From an uncultured virus (IMG/VR IMGVR_UViG_3300042479_000659) (Duplodnaviria > Heunggongvirae > Uroviricota > Caudoviricetes), in IMG/VR virus record IMGVR_UViG_3300042479_000659: a stretch of DNA of 64,000 nt, one strand, 5' to 3'. Under the pieces are notes generated by a model. The model saw nothing but the letters and a program-made list of their open reading frames with translations. It ran no database searches and was not told the DNA's origin. A program made the position numbers and the translations under genes. Position 1 is the first letter of the stretch. Every line of letters begins with the position of its first letter. Below, in pieces: positions 41,487 to 51,000 of the stretch.

Positions 41487-42572
41487 TTACGCTCTAGCCT
41501 GCAAAATGTACTTGCCGTACTTCTGGTGGAACTCGTCAAAGTTCTTCAGCTTGGTAGGCTGGAATGGCAAGTCGTATGTGGTAAGAGCAATACGAGCACC
41601 CATAACAACTAGTTCTGTCTCAAAGTTCTTCATCATGTAGCCCAGGAAGTTGTCAGACATAGTATGGAACTCTTTGTCTGGCACTTTACGGGCCACTGCA
41701 TCTTTGAGCTCGTAGCACATACTGATGACCAAACTGTACATGGCACTGACTTCTTTAACAGACAGGTCGGTTACCTTGCCACTCAAAATGTCCTCGGGCT
41801 TGGGCAGTTTAGAACTAATCTTACGATGAGCCATAAACTTAACAGCAAGGCCTTCGCCAATTGTACCAGCAATTAAGTTGGTCAAAGTATCGTTGTCTGT
41901 GTCCTCGTCATCCAACAACTGGCTCACAAAGGTCCATGAGCGTGGAGTAGCAAAGGCACGGCTGGCACTCTTAGCGTCAAAGTCGTACAGGTCCTGTTTG
42001 GCAAAACTCAAATAACCCACAACATCTTTGTGGATGTTGTGTTGAACAGCCCAGGCCTGGTAACTGGCAAAGTCCACTTTCATCTCTTGGTGGATGAAAC
42101 GATTGGCAAGCGGAGTAGGCATACGATAGGTAACGCCTTTGTCGCTTTCTCTGTTGCCGGCGGCCACCATAACAACATTGTCCGGCAGTTTATACTTGCC
42201 CACACGACGGTTCAAAATAAGTTGGTAAGCGGCAGCCTGCACGTTGCCTGCGGCACTGTTCATCTCGTCCAAGAACAGCACTACAATAGGATACTGGCTG
42301 GCAGTTTCCTCGTCCGGCAAGTCGATGGGAGGAGCCCAATCCATTTTGCCAATTTCTTTGTTGTAAAAAGGAATGCCTCGAATGTCTGTGGGCTCCATCT
42401 GTCCCAGTCGGCAGTCGTACATAATGCCACCTAGTTCGTTTGCAAGTTCCTCTACCAGTTCACTTTTGCCGATACCGGGAGGACCCCAAAGGAACAATGG
42501 ACGTTTAACTTTAAATGCCTTGAGCAAGCTCTTGCGAGCCTGTGTAGAGGTAACTGTACGGGTATCTGACAT
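41487..42572 (-). CDS. MoxR-like AAA+ ATPase (partner of VWA protein)
   Basis: Walker A GPPGIGKS, Walker B LFLDE, AAGN, LANRF, TPRSW. Confidence 0.9.
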   Translation of the reverse strand: MSDTRTVTSTQARKSLLKAFKVKRPLFLWGPPGIGKSELVEELANELGGIMYDCRLGQMEPTDIRGIPFYNKEIGKMDWAPPIDLPDEETASQYPIVVLFLDEMNSAAGNVQAAAYQLILNRRVGKYKLPDNVVMVAAGNRESDKGVTYRMPTPLANRFIHQEMKVDFASYQAWAVQHNIHKDVVGYLSFAKQDLYDFDAKSASRAFATPRSWTFVSQLLDDEDTDNDTLTNLIAGTIGEGLAVKFMAHRKISSKLPKPEDILSGKVTDLSVKEVSAMYSLVISMCYELKDAVARKVPDKEFHTMSDNFLGYMMKNFETELVVMGARIALTTYDLPFQPTKLKNFDEFHQKYGKYILQARA

Positions 42573-42611
42573 AGTGTTTCCTTGTTGCTAGTGAATGTAT
42601 GTATTATACGT

Positions 42612-42998
42612 TTAAACTGTTTTTCCGTCAACCAGTCTACGGATTCGTACACCCATGTCCTCGGGCGTGTCGCCTTTGCCTGTGAGCATGTAGGCAGTGT
42701 ACTCTACCATGTCGGCCTGTTTGAACTCCAAGGCAATGCCCAAGTTCCGGAACACAAGGTTGACTTGTTTGAGAGTTTCTTCTACTGTTTTTTGCACAAT
42801 GTCTACGTGGTCGGGGTCAACTTCGTCTTGCTCGTAGCCCATGTCACCCAACACGTTGTGAAAGGCTATTTGGTCGTCCATAATGCAAAACTTGCCAAAC
42901 GCCTTGTTTAGGGCGTCGTCACCAAAGTCCTCAATGTGTTCACCAATGTCGTTGCTGTCGATCCAGGAAAGTTCTGTCTGTTTTGTGTATGTATGCAT
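42612..42998 (-). CDS. Hypothetical early protein
   Basis: 128 aa with GGAG RBS and its own sigma70 promoter. Confidence 0.7.
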   Translation of the reverse strand: MHTYTKQTELSWIDSNDIGEHIEDFGDDALNKAFGKFCIMDDQIAFHNVLGDMGYEQDEVDPDHVDIVQKTVEETLKQVNLVFRNLGIALEFKQADMVEYTAYMLTGKGDTPEDMGVRIRRLVDGKTV

Positions 42999-43027
42999 TG
43001 TTGGCTCCTTTTAGTTACTATACAAGT

Positions 43028-43056
43028 ATTATAGCAAAATGGAATTTATTGGTCAA
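43028..43056 (-). promoter_or_regulatory. sigma70 consensus early promoter (one of a family)
   Basis: TTGACC-N17-TATAAT; equivalents at 41090-41118, 42603-42631, 43384-43412, 44099-44127, 46613-46641. Confidence 0.8.
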
Positions 43057-43076
43057 TCGTTTTGTGTGTTGTGTTT

Positions 43077-43352
43077 TTACAACACGTTTCCGTTGCTGTC
43101 AAACACAACTGGATCATTGAATTCAGGGAAATCTAGCCCGTGCGGGGCCAAACATTGTGCTACTCTTAATAAGGTAATGCCTAGAATTTCAGCAATATCC
43201 TCGGGATCAAAATCACCCATAACATAAAGATTACTGATATTCCAATCTACTGATTTTGTAGTATCTACATAATCGTCCGAATCAATATCAGGACCATCAT
43301 CACATTCTAATATTAATCTAGTATCATAATCAGCATATTCAATAACGGGCAT
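43077..43352 (-). CDS. Acidic hypothetical protein
   Basis: 91 aa, AGGAG RBS, own promoter. Confidence 0.65.
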   Translation of the reverse strand: MPVIEYADYDTRLILECDDGPDIDSDDYVDTTKSVDWNISNLYVMGDFDPEDIAEILGITLLRVAQCLAPHGLDFPEFNDPVVFDSNGNVL

Positions 43353-43467
43353 TATCGACTCCTTATTAAGTTACAATACAAGTATTATAGCAAAATGGGA
43401 ATTATGGGTCAACCGGGCAAAAAGTGTCTATTTTTTAAGCAGAATGTAGTGTTGTTTTTACGCAACA

Positions 43468-44073
43468 CTACATTGTAGGGCCGTTGCCGTTCCTAAACCC
43501 AATCTCACCACCTTCTGCTGTGATGCGCTTGTAAACGTCTTCCAACAAAATGGGGGCAAAGTCAGTCTGCTCCACGCATACACAATGATAACGCACATCG
43601 TCCTTGTCACTGTACAATACAGTTCCGGTCTTGGCATCAACGCCACGTGCCTTCTTTACACGACTAGCATGCAAGTGTCCGTGAATGTTGGTACCAAATC
43701 GACCCAAGCTGGCTTCATGCACAGGGATATGACTCAAGATCATCCCGTTCAACACATGGTATGCTCGTAACTCACGAAAGTACTCACGATACTCTGCATC
43801 AGGAAAAATGTCGTGGTTGCCACGGATCAACACTTTGTCTCCGTTCAACCTGGCCAATGTTTTCAAGGCCCGGCGGTTGATCACAACATCACCCAAATGG
43901 TACACCTTGTCCGAAGGACGCACACGGTCGTTCCAACGTTGGATCATTTCTTCATCCATCTCATCAGGATCCGTCCACGGACGCAATTTCACTTCAGGAT
44001 CGTCAGGGTGTGTGAAGCGACAGACACCGGCGTGTCCAAAGTGTGTGTCGCTTACTAAAAATACTGCTGGCAT
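43468..44073 (-). CDS. Calcineurin-like metallophosphoesterase
   Basis: SDTHFGH, HLGD, RGNHD, SHIP, HGHLH. Confidence 0.9.
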   Translation of the reverse strand: MPAVFLVSDTHFGHAGVCRFTHPDDPEVKLRPWTDPDEMDEEMIQRWNDRVRPSDKVYHLGDVVINRRALKTLARLNGDKVLIRGNHDIFPDAEYREYFRELRAYHVLNGMILSHIPVHEASLGRFGTNIHGHLHASRVKKARGVDAKTGTVLYSDKDDVRYHCVCVEQTDFAPILLEDVYKRITAEGGEIGFRNGNGPTM

Positions 44074-44129
44074 CTTGTGCTCCTTTCTTTAAACAACAAG
44101 TATAGCACAAGATGATTTTTTGGTCAATC

Positions 44130-45416
44130 TCAGTATCTATACGTTTCTGGCTTGTATGGACCTGCAACAGTGACGCCAATGTATGCGGCCTGCTTTTCAG
44201 TCATGGTAGTGAGTTCTGCACCAATCTGCTCTAAGTGCAGTCGTGCAACTTTTTCATCTAGATGCTTGGGCAACAAATACAGTCGACCTGTTTCGTACTT
44301 ACTGGTGTTGTTATACAGGTCAATCTGTGCCATCACTTGGTTGGTAAAACTGTTTGACATCACAAAGCTGGGATGACCAGTGCCGCAACCCAAATTAACC
44401 AGTCTACCTTCAGCCAACAAGATAATGCGCTTGCCACTGGGGAAGATAACATGATCTACCTGCGGCTTGATGTTCTCCCACTCACAATCCTTGATGCTGG
44501 CAACATCGATCTCTGTGTCAAAGTGACCAATGTTACACACAATAGCATTGTTCTTCATTTGATCCATGTGCTGGCGTGTGATAACATCTACGTTGCCTGT
44601 GGCAGTTACAAAGATGTCTGCTTTGTCTGCCGCGTATTCCATTGTGACCACACGGAAGCCTTCCATAGCGGCTTGTAAGGCACAGATAGGATCTGCTTCA
44701 GTGACCCAGACCTGGGCCGAAAGTGCTCGCAAGGCTTGTGCAGAGCCCTTGCCCACGTCACCATAGCCGGCTACTACAGCAACCTTGCCTGCAATCATAA
44801 CGTCAGTGGCACGTTTGATAGCATCCACTAGACTTTCTCTGCAACCGTACAGGTTGTCAAACTTGGTTTTGGTCACTGAGTCATTTACGTTGATAGCAGG
44901 CATCCGCAGTGTGCCTGCGGCAATGCGTTCCAACAACTTGTGAATACCTGTTGTGGTTTCTTCTGTAACACCTTTAATGCCAGGGATGAGATCAGGGTGC
45001 TGATCATGGATATAACCAGTTAAGTCATGTCCGTCATCAAGAATCATGTTTGGTGTCCAACCATCTGGTCCACGCACAGTTTGTTCAATGCACCACCAGT
45101 ATTCTGCTTCTGTTTCGCCCTTCCAAGCAAACACAGGAATTCCTTCAACTGCCAATGCCGCGGCTGCTTGATCCTGAGTGCTAAAGATGTTGCAACTACT
45201 CCACCGCACACTGGCGCCAAGTTCAATTAGTGTTTCGACCAGCACAGCCGTTTGAATGGTCATGTGCAAACTGCCCACAATACGTGCACCAGCGAGTGGT
45301 TTGGATCCTGCGTATTCGCGACGAATGGCCATAAGGCCTGGCATCTCGTGTTCAGCAATGGCAATTTCTTTACGACCCCACTCAGCCAGGCTGATATCTT
45401 TAACTTTGTAATCCAT
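44130..45416 (-). CDS. ahcY: S-adenosylhomocysteine hydrolase
   Basis: [57 protein letters not shown], terminal YRY. Confidence 0.97.
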   Translation of the reverse strand: MDYKVKDISLAEWGRKEIAIAEHEMPGLMAIRREYAGSKPLAGARIVGSLHMTIQTAVLVETLIELGASVRWSSCNIFSTQDQAAAALAVEGIPVFAWKGETEAEYWWCIEQTVRGPDGWTPNMILDDGHDLTGYIHDQHPDLIPGIKGVTEETTTGIHKLLERIAAGTLRMPAINVNDSVTKTKFDNLYGCRESLVDAIKRATDVMIAGKVAVVAGYGDVGKGSAQALRALSAQVWVTEADPICALQAAMEGFRVVTMEYAADKADIFVTATGNVDVITRQHMDQMKNNAIVCNIGHFDTEIDVASIKDCEWENIKPQVDHVIFPSGKRIILLAEGRLVNLGCGTGHPSFVMSNSFTNQVMAQIDLYNNTSKYETGRLYLLPKHLDEKVARLHLEQIGAELTTMTEKQAAYIGVTVAGPYKPETYRY

Positions 45417-45424
45417 ATTTTCCT

Positions 45425-45631
45425 TTAACATTCTATGTCTATGTGTCGACCTTTGTCTAAATCTAACCGAAGATTTCTACTAGTTCGATCTGCAATAATT
45501 TGTTCAAATCTACGTTGTTCAATAACACGGCTATAATCTTCAGACCGCTGTTTTTCTAACCGAGACTGATCCAACCGATACTGTTCTTGATTGTATTTTA
45601 TAGCACTTTGTTCGGCTCTTGATATTTGCAT
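45425..45631 (-). CDS. Hypothetical protein
   Basis: 68 aa ending [10 protein letters not shown]. Confidence 0.6.
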   Translation of the reverse strand: MQISRAEQSAIKYNQEQYRLDQSRLEKQRSEDYSRVIEQRRFEQIIADRTSRNLRLDLDKGRHIDIEC

Positions 45632-45636
45632 TTTGA

Positions 45637-45984
45637 TTAATCCCAATACATTTTATTATTTTTTTGAAAATAATAATCTTTTACTAAATCCATCATGTCG
45701 CTGTGATCAACTCTATACTGCTGGTGGTTCACAGATATTCTTACATAACTTGCTGGAGCACTCTCGGGCCTGGGCGTTGTGATTTTGTAATGAACAAACC
45801 AATGTTGATTTGGCGTTGTAAATGAGCAACCATTGTTGTCAAGCCAATTATCTAGTAGATATTCAAACTGTTCTGCAGACATTGCATACGTGTGTGCATG
45901 ACTATCAGTAATACGTATGGTGATGTCAATTGATTGTTTATCTTTAAACAGATAAATTTTTAATGGTTTTTTAAATGGTAGCAT
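45637..45984 (-). CDS. Hypothetical protein
   Basis: 115 aa; TATAAATA at 45994-45987. Confidence 0.55.
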   Translation of the reverse strand: MLPFKKPLKIYLFKDKQSIDITIRITDSHAHTYAMSAEQFEYLLDNWLDNNGCSFTTPNQHWFVHYKITTPRPESAPASYVRISVNHQQYRVDHSDMMDLVKDYYFQKNNKMYWD

Positions 45985-45997
45985 GTTATTTATAAAA

Positions 45998-46071
45998 TGG
46001 AGCGGGGTAACAGAATCGAACTGTCAGCATTAGCTTGGAAGGCTAAGGTATTACCACTATACGAACCCCGC
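45998..46071 (-). tRNA. tRNA-Gly(TCC)
   Basis: Cloverleaf, anticodon arm TTAGC-CTTCCAA-GCTAA, CCA. Confidence 0.9.
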
Positions 46072-46078
46072 ATATACT

Positions 46079-46154
46079 TGGTAGGACGTGACGGGATCGA
46101 ACCGCCGACAGCTTCGGTGTAAGCGAAGAACTCTACCAACTGAGTTAACGTCCT
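46079..46154 (-). tRNA. tRNA-Val(TAC)
   Basis: CTTCG-CTTACAC-CGAAG, CCA. Confidence 0.9.
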
Positions 46155-46167
46155 AAAAATTCTTTAC

Positions 46168-46241
46168 TGGTCTCGGTAGCAGGAATCGAACCTACGCTCG
46201 AACGTCCCAAACGTTCAGTGATACCATTTCACCATACCGAG
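46168..46241 (-). tRNA. tRNA-Pro(TGG)
   Basis: GAACG-TTTGGGA-CGTTC, CCA. Confidence 0.9.
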
Positions 46242-46247
46242 AAAAAC

Positions 46248-46400
46248 TTAACTGGGAATCATATGAGGCAAATAAGGAACTGCTCTGGGACCGTGTAGTT
46301 GTTGCAACAACTTGCGAGCCTCTTCTGCAGAGTCAGCACCCACACGAGCCTTAAACTCCTTGCCGTCGGGTCCTCTAACTGTTGCTTCGTATAATTTCAT
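46248..46400 (-). CDS. 50-aa hypothetical protein inside tRNA array
   Basis: MKLYEATVRGPDGKEFKARVGADSAEEARKLLQQLHG... Confidence 0.6.
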   Translation of the reverse strand: MKLYEATVRGPDGKEFKARVGADSAEEARKLLQQLHGPRAVPYLPHMIPS

Positions 46401-46415
46401 TTTGTAACTTTAAAA

Positions 46416-46490
46416 TGGTGCCCAATGTCTGATTCGAACAGACGACCTACCGCTTACAAGGCGGTTGCTCTACCCCTGAGCCAATCGGGC
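46416..46490 (-). tRNA. tRNA-Thr(TGT)
   Basis: ACCGC-CTTGTAA-GCGGT, CCA. Confidence 0.9.
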
Positions 46491-46508
46491 GTGTTTCTAT
46501 TTATATCG

Positions 46509-46595
46509 TGGTACGAGTGGCCGGAATCGAACCGGCATGCCTTTTAAAGCGAGAGATTTTAAGTCTCTTGTGTCTACCTATTTCACCACACTCGC
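46509..46595 (-). tRNA. tRNA-Leu(TAA)
   Basis: AGAGA-CTTAAAA-TCTCT, long variable arm, CCA. Confidence 0.9.
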
Positions 46596-46652
46596 ATTTC
46601 TAACTTGTATATATTATACAATAAATCGAGTTAATTGTCAACCTCTAAGAGA

Positions 46653-47159
46653 TTAACTGTTTAGGACTTTGGCAACTGAATTCATCACTGAGGCAATACG
46701 GCCAATGTCACGAAGTTGTTCTACAGAGTAGCCTTCTTGCTTCAATGTTTCGTAATGTGCCTTCACACAGAAGTGACACTTGCCAACAATACTTGCGGCC
46801 AAACTAAATGCTTCAAAGTTTGACTTGGTAGTTCCGCCATGTGACGCAATGGCGTTCATGCGTAGCTGTGCTGGCAATCCTTTCAATGCAGGATCATCAG
46901 CCATTTCAACATAGGGATACCATACGTTGTTCTGTGCCATAATGCTTGCGGCTGTCATTGCCGACTCTGCGTGTACTGGAGCATCTGCTAAAATTACTGA
47001 TAGGATTTTACCGTTGCCGGTTGCAGCCAATGCAGCCACAGCACAACCCATGGCCACATCTGCATCTAGTGTGCTACGTAACAGTACAGCATCAAGATTT
47101 AACTTGGTATCTTTGGCATAGCCTGGCAATGCACCTTTTACTGCGTCAATAAAAGCCAT
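46653..47159 (-). CDS. ahpD: Alkyl hydroperoxide reductase AhpD
   Basis: YAKDTKLNL, MAQNNVWY, CHFCVKAH (CxxC). Confidence 0.88.
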   Translation of the reverse strand: MAFIDAVKGALPGYAKDTKLNLDAVLLRSTLDADVAMGCAVAALAATGNGKILSVILADAPVHAESAMTAASIMAQNNVWYPYVEMADDPALKGLPAQLRMNAIASHGGTTKSNFEAFSLAASIVGKCHFCVKAHYETLKQEGYSVEQLRDIGRIASVMNSVAKVLNS

Positions 47160-47848
47160 TATTTTCTATCACCAAACAACTGCAACAAGTTCAAGAACAA
47201 GTTGATAAAGTCCATGTACAAGGTCAGTGCTCCACGCACTTCTGCTGAATCGCTGGTTTCCATACTGAGTTCTTCACGAATCTTCTGTGTGTCGTAAGCA
47301 GTTAAGCCAAGGAAGATGATAATTGCCAATGCTGAAATTACCATCTGCATCACTGTTGATCCGATAAAGATATTCACAATGCTGGCAATGACAATAGCAA
47401 TCAATCCTACAAACATAAACTTGCCCATGCTGTCTAGACTCTGTTTGGTAAAATAGCCATAGCCACTCATCACTCCAAACAAGATGCCTGCACCCATGAA
47501 TGCTGACACAATTGATCCCATGGTGAACACAGCAAAGATCATAGCAAAACTTAATCCCATCAAGGCTGCAAAGCCGTGCAAGCATAACTGTGCTACACCT
47601 TTACTAGGATTATTACCTAGCACATAGCTGACACCAAAGATGGCTGCCAGTGGTGAAAAGATCACAATCCATTTCATTACACCTGTAAAAAAGAATGCCA
47701 GCAACTCTGGACTAGAGCCCACAAAGTAACTCACAAACATTGACACAATCACAGCCAGACTCATGTGTCCATACACACGGCCCATTGCAGAGTTGATTTC
47801 ACTGGCAGAACGATATGCGATCCCACCTGTATAACTTGTTCCAAACAT
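47159..47848 (-). CDS. Bax inhibitor-1/YccA family membrane protein
   Basis: ~7 hydrophobic segments, TAYDTQKI, ALTLYMDFINLF. Confidence 0.9.
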   Translation of the reverse strand: MFGTSYTGGIAYRSASEINSAMGRVYGHMSLAVIVSMFVSYFVGSSPELLAFFFTGVMKWIVIFSPLAAIFGVSYVLGNNPSKGVAQLCLHGFAALMGLSFAMIFAVFTMGSIVSAFMGAGILFGVMSGYGYFTKQSLDSMGKFMFVGLIAIVIASIVNIFIGSTVMQMVISALAIIIFLGLTAYDTQKIREELSMETSDSAEVRGALTLYMDFINLFLNLLQLFGDRK

Positions 47849-47858
47849 AATTTTCTCC

Positions 47859-48482
47859 TTAAAATTTACCTGATGCTAGTACGATTTGACAAATATGTTC
47901 TAATCGTTCAATGTGTTCAAATGCCCGCCACGGGCTGGTATCTATAGCAACTACACCGTGACCTTTGATGCCCACAATGTCAAAACCAACAGTGCCATCT
48001 TTTCTTAGCCAGAGATTTTCATGGCAACGATCCGCAAGCTCTTGACTAATTGGAGGCACGTCGCCTACGTTCTTGGCCACTTTTGTATAGCGACTAAGTT
48101 CAGGAAAGCTGTCAGCAAGACTGCTTAGTTCAATACCACGATGCATGGCAGCTACACAGTAGGTAGGGTGTAGATGAACCACTACCCTGACATCAGTACT
48201 GTGCTGACCCATTGCTCGTTGTAGGCCAAAATGTAGGGGAATTTCTCCACTGGGCTTGAGATTGGCGCTGATGTCAGAGTAAGGCTCTTCTCTCCATGCT
48301 AAACTGCTGACAATCTTGATCTTTTTAAATTGGTCAGGTTGCATGGTCTGCTTACGGACGCCACTGGGTGTGATATAAAAATGATCACGGTCGTGATGAC
48401 GAATTGACACATTGCCATCACGACTGGTAATCCAGTTGCGTCTATATGCTTCAACCAAGGTATCGCATATAGTTTCTAACAT
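47859..48482 (-). CDS. Class II aldolase/adducin family protein
   Basis: DGNVS, ITPSG, PSGEIPLH, VHLHP, GHGVV. Confidence 0.85.
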   Translation of the reverse strand: MLETICDTLVEAYRRNWITSRDGNVSIRHHDRDHFYITPSGVRKQTMQPDQFKKIKIVSSLAWREEPYSDISANLKPSGEIPLHFGLQRAMGQHSTDVRVVVHLHPTYCVAAMHRGIELSSLADSFPELSRYTKVAKNVGDVPPISQELADRCHENLWLRKDGTVGFDIVGIKGHGVVAIDTSPWRAFEHIERLEHICQIVLASGKF

Positions 48483-49021
48483 TACAGAGTCTCGCCACCT
48501 ACTGTGCGGTTACATGCACACAGTTCACCTGTTTGCAATGCATCCAATACACGAAGTGTTTCTTCTGGGCTACGACCCACGTTCAAGTTGTTCACAGTAA
48601 CGTGTTGAATTTCATTGCTTGGATCCACAATGAATGTTGCACGTAATGCCGCACCTGCTGGAGTATAGAACACACCTAGTTGTTCAATCAAGCTCAACTC
48701 ACCACGCTGTGTGTCAGCAAACTGATGATGGGTGATCTTCTTTAGATCTGCGTGTGCTGTTTGCCAAGCAACTTTACAAAACTCATTGTCTGTGCTACCT
48801 GTAAGCAATACAGCATCACGATCAGCAAAGTCTGATGCCAACTTGTCATAGGCCACAATCTCTGTTGGGCATACAAACGTAAAATCTTTTGGATAGTAAA
48901 CAATTACTTTCCATTTGCCTTCAAACGATTCGTCTGTAATTGTATAGAAAGCATCTTCTGGTTGTCCGGGACGGACACCTGTGACTGCGAATGGGGCTAA
49001 TTTGTCGCCAACTGTTTTCAT
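48482..49021 (-). CDS. ahpC: Peroxiredoxin AhpC
   Basis: YPKDFTFVCPTEI, RATFIVDP, VGRS..E.LR, GELC; GGAG RBS before ATG 49021. Confidence 0.93.
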   Translation of the reverse strand: MKTVGDKLAPFAVTGVRPGQPEDAFYTITDESFEGKWKVIVYYPKDFTFVCPTEIVAYDKLASDFADRDAVLLTGSTDNEFCKVAWQTAHADLKKITHHQFADTQRGELSLIEQLGVFYTPAGAALRATFIVDPSNEIQHVTVNNLNVGRSPEETLRVLDALQTGELCACNRTVGGETL

Positions 49022-49076
49022 GTTATCTCCTTTGTGTTGAATGAAAATGTTTGCAGAAGTTGTTCTGCATGTGTGT

Positions 49077-49162
49077 ATTGTACAGTTATTTACATGAGAA
49101 ATCAACCATCTCTCATGGTTTCTACTGAATATATTTCTATGGCTGCCATAGAAAAAATCAAT
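49077..49162 (-). promoter_or_regulatory. ahpC promoter with upstream OxyR/LysR-like box
   Basis: TTGATT-N17-TACAAT (49105-49077); ATTG-N7-CTAT-N7-ATAG at 49162-49137. Confidence 0.55.
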
Positions 49163-49226
49163 AAAGAAAACCCGCCAAAAGGGGTTGGGTGGGTATTTTA
49201 AACTAGCTCAGAAGCGTGGGTCTTGC

Positions 49227-50546
49227 TCATTGAGATCTTAACCACTGAATTAGTCGTCGATGCAAATTATAAAGTTTTTTACTAGATCCCGGATCTTGTT
49301 TTAATATTTTTTTTCGTATCGCTCTTCGAAATGTGCCACGTGGTTTTTTGGCGAGTCGAAATGCATCTATAAAATTCGTTTTTAATTCTTCAATTACCTG
49401 TTGCTGAAAAATGTCGCTAAAAAAATGTTTTTTGTTAAAATCCGCTATGCGTCTAATTTCTAGTAAAAATTGATCAAACTCTGGTGCGCCAAGAGAATTA
49501 ATTTTATTCATGCTATTGATAATTTTTTCCAGTCTTAGCAAACTATCTGTCTCTTGATCATAACTTTCGTCGATCCAAGGATCAAATGTTTTAAATCCGT
49601 AACTTCTTAGATATTCTAAACTATGCGGGCCTGCTGCCAACACAAATGGATGTCCGCAGGCAATTGGTCTCAGTGTTTTTTCTGTTAGGTGAATTCTTGA
49701 GTCGTCGAATATAGTTTCTGAAACTACACTTATTGCAGTTGAATTAAAATCATCATGATTGTACAGTGCGCTCTCGTTGCTACCACATTGGTTGTCCTTG
49801 AGCAGATCTAATACAGTGATATCTTTGAGTTCAAAATTTATATTTTTAAATTTGTGGTCTCGGTAATGATATCCTTGATCACCTTCGGACATTCTCGATA
49901 TACTGATTTTACTTTGTTCATGCAACCCATGTTTGACCAGCAACTCCAAAAACTTTAATCTGTATTCTCTAGTGTTGCCCCAGGCACGATTGTATATTAG
50001 GAATTTTTTACAAACTTGAGATTGCGATGTTAGCCGAGCATCTATCTCGGCAAATCTATACCAGTCACGAGCAATAATTGCATGGCACCAATAATAAACT
50101 GGTAAAAAATTATTTTGAGAATACTGTTCTAAGTCAACAGAATTTTTTTCAGAATGCAGTAAAATTGCCTGTTCATAAAGAGATCCACACAATAATGGTA
50201 TTGACAATAAATTTTTATCAGCTGCCGCTTGACTGCTTATTTTGGCCACAGTGGGTTCGTTTAACGCAATGTGTAATGACACAGGATCAATATTTGTATA
50301 AAAATCATAATGCAATGGCTCTTGGTCGTGCGCAACAACTGGAATGTTAATAAAATATGTTAGGCCGTCAACGCCATTGGCGTCAAGAGCAGTCAATGTA
50401 TCAAGATCAGTCAATGTATCAAGATCAGTCAATGGTCTAAGGTCAGAAATATCTTTACTACCGTGAGGATAAAATCTGTAAAATGCTGTTGGAACAGGTA
50501 TAATTGATTGCACCCAGTGGTACAAATTGTCTAAGGGAATGTTCAT
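49227..50546 (-). CDS. Putative glycosyltransferase-like protein ('TEK' family)
   Basis: SVVSETIF...LTEKTLRPIACGHPF...YGFKTF.PWIDESYD; HDQEP shared with 30417..31508. Confidence 0.5.
   Translation of the reverse strand: MNIPLDNLYHWVQSIIPVPTAFYRFYPHGSKDISDLRPLTDLDTLTDLDTLTALDANGVDGLTYFINIPVVAHDQEPLHYDFYTNIDPVSLHIALNEPTVAKISSQAAADKNLLSIPLLCGSLYEQAILLHSEKNSVDLEQYSQNNFLPVYYWCHAIIARDWYRFAEIDARLTSQSQVCKKFLIYNRAWGNTREYRLKFLELLVKHGLHEQSKISISRMSEGDQGYHYRDHKFKNINFELKDITVLDLLKDNQCGSNESALYNHDDFNSTAISVVSETIFDDSRIHLTEKTLRPIACGHPFVLAAGPHSLEYLRSYGFKTFDPWIDESYDQETDSLLRLEKIINSMNKINSLGAPEFDQFLLEIRRIADFNKKHFFSDIFQQQVIEELKTNFIDAFRLAKKPRGTFRRAIRKKILKQDPGSSKKLYNLHRRLIQWLRSQ
50391..50434. repeat. 18-bp tandem repeat (x2.4), in-frame TDLDTL
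   Basis: AGTCAATGTATCAAGATC repeated. Confidence 0.85.
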
Positions 50547-50569
50547 GCCATTGGATTTTGTCTTTGAAT

Positions 50570-50905
50570 AAAAGGTAATTTAATTCTGTTACGAGGATAA
50601 ATTACCAAAAACCCTAGGCAGTGTTTAGACTGCCAATGCTTCCTTGGCTGTACGAGCAGAGAACTTGACGTTCTTACCAGAAACAGTTACGGTTTTGTTT
50701 ACGTTTGCATTTACGTTTTTTGCTTCTTCGGCCGAGTTTCCCCAACCCTACGGGTTTCACATTCCCGAGCTGTCCACTTCAATACTTCTGACCCAATCGA
50801 TAGCCTGGTCACCCCCACCTAAATATACCTTATACACTTAGGTGGAGGTGGCGGGAGTCGAACCCGCGTCTTGAATCCATTTTTATCGGCTTCATACAGC
50901 AATAA
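50570..50905 (-). ncRNA. ssrA: Circularly permuted (two-piece) tmRNA
   Basis: Acceptor piece with T-arm and CACCTCCACC (ends 50841) precedes the GGGGGTG 5' end (50816); G3-U70 pair; tag ANVNKTVTVSGKNVKFSARTAKEALAV* at 50708-50625; terminal hairpin plus U run. Confidence 0.85.
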
Positions 50906-50919
50906 CACTTATTTATAAT

Positions 50920-50994
50920 TGGTTGCGGGGGAAGGACTCGAACCTCCGGCTTCCAGGTTATGAGCCTGGCGGTCTACCACTGACGTACCCCGCG
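50920..50994 (-). tRNA. tRNA-fMet(CAT), initiator-type
   Basis: C1:A72 mismatch, CCAGG-CTCATAA-CCTGG, CCA. Confidence 0.85.
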
Positions 50995-51000
50995 ATAAAT

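Noticed and set aside
50391..50434. CRISPR array
   Set aside because: A spacer-less, in-frame 18-bp tandem duplication; no repeat-spacer arrays or cas genes seen in the window.
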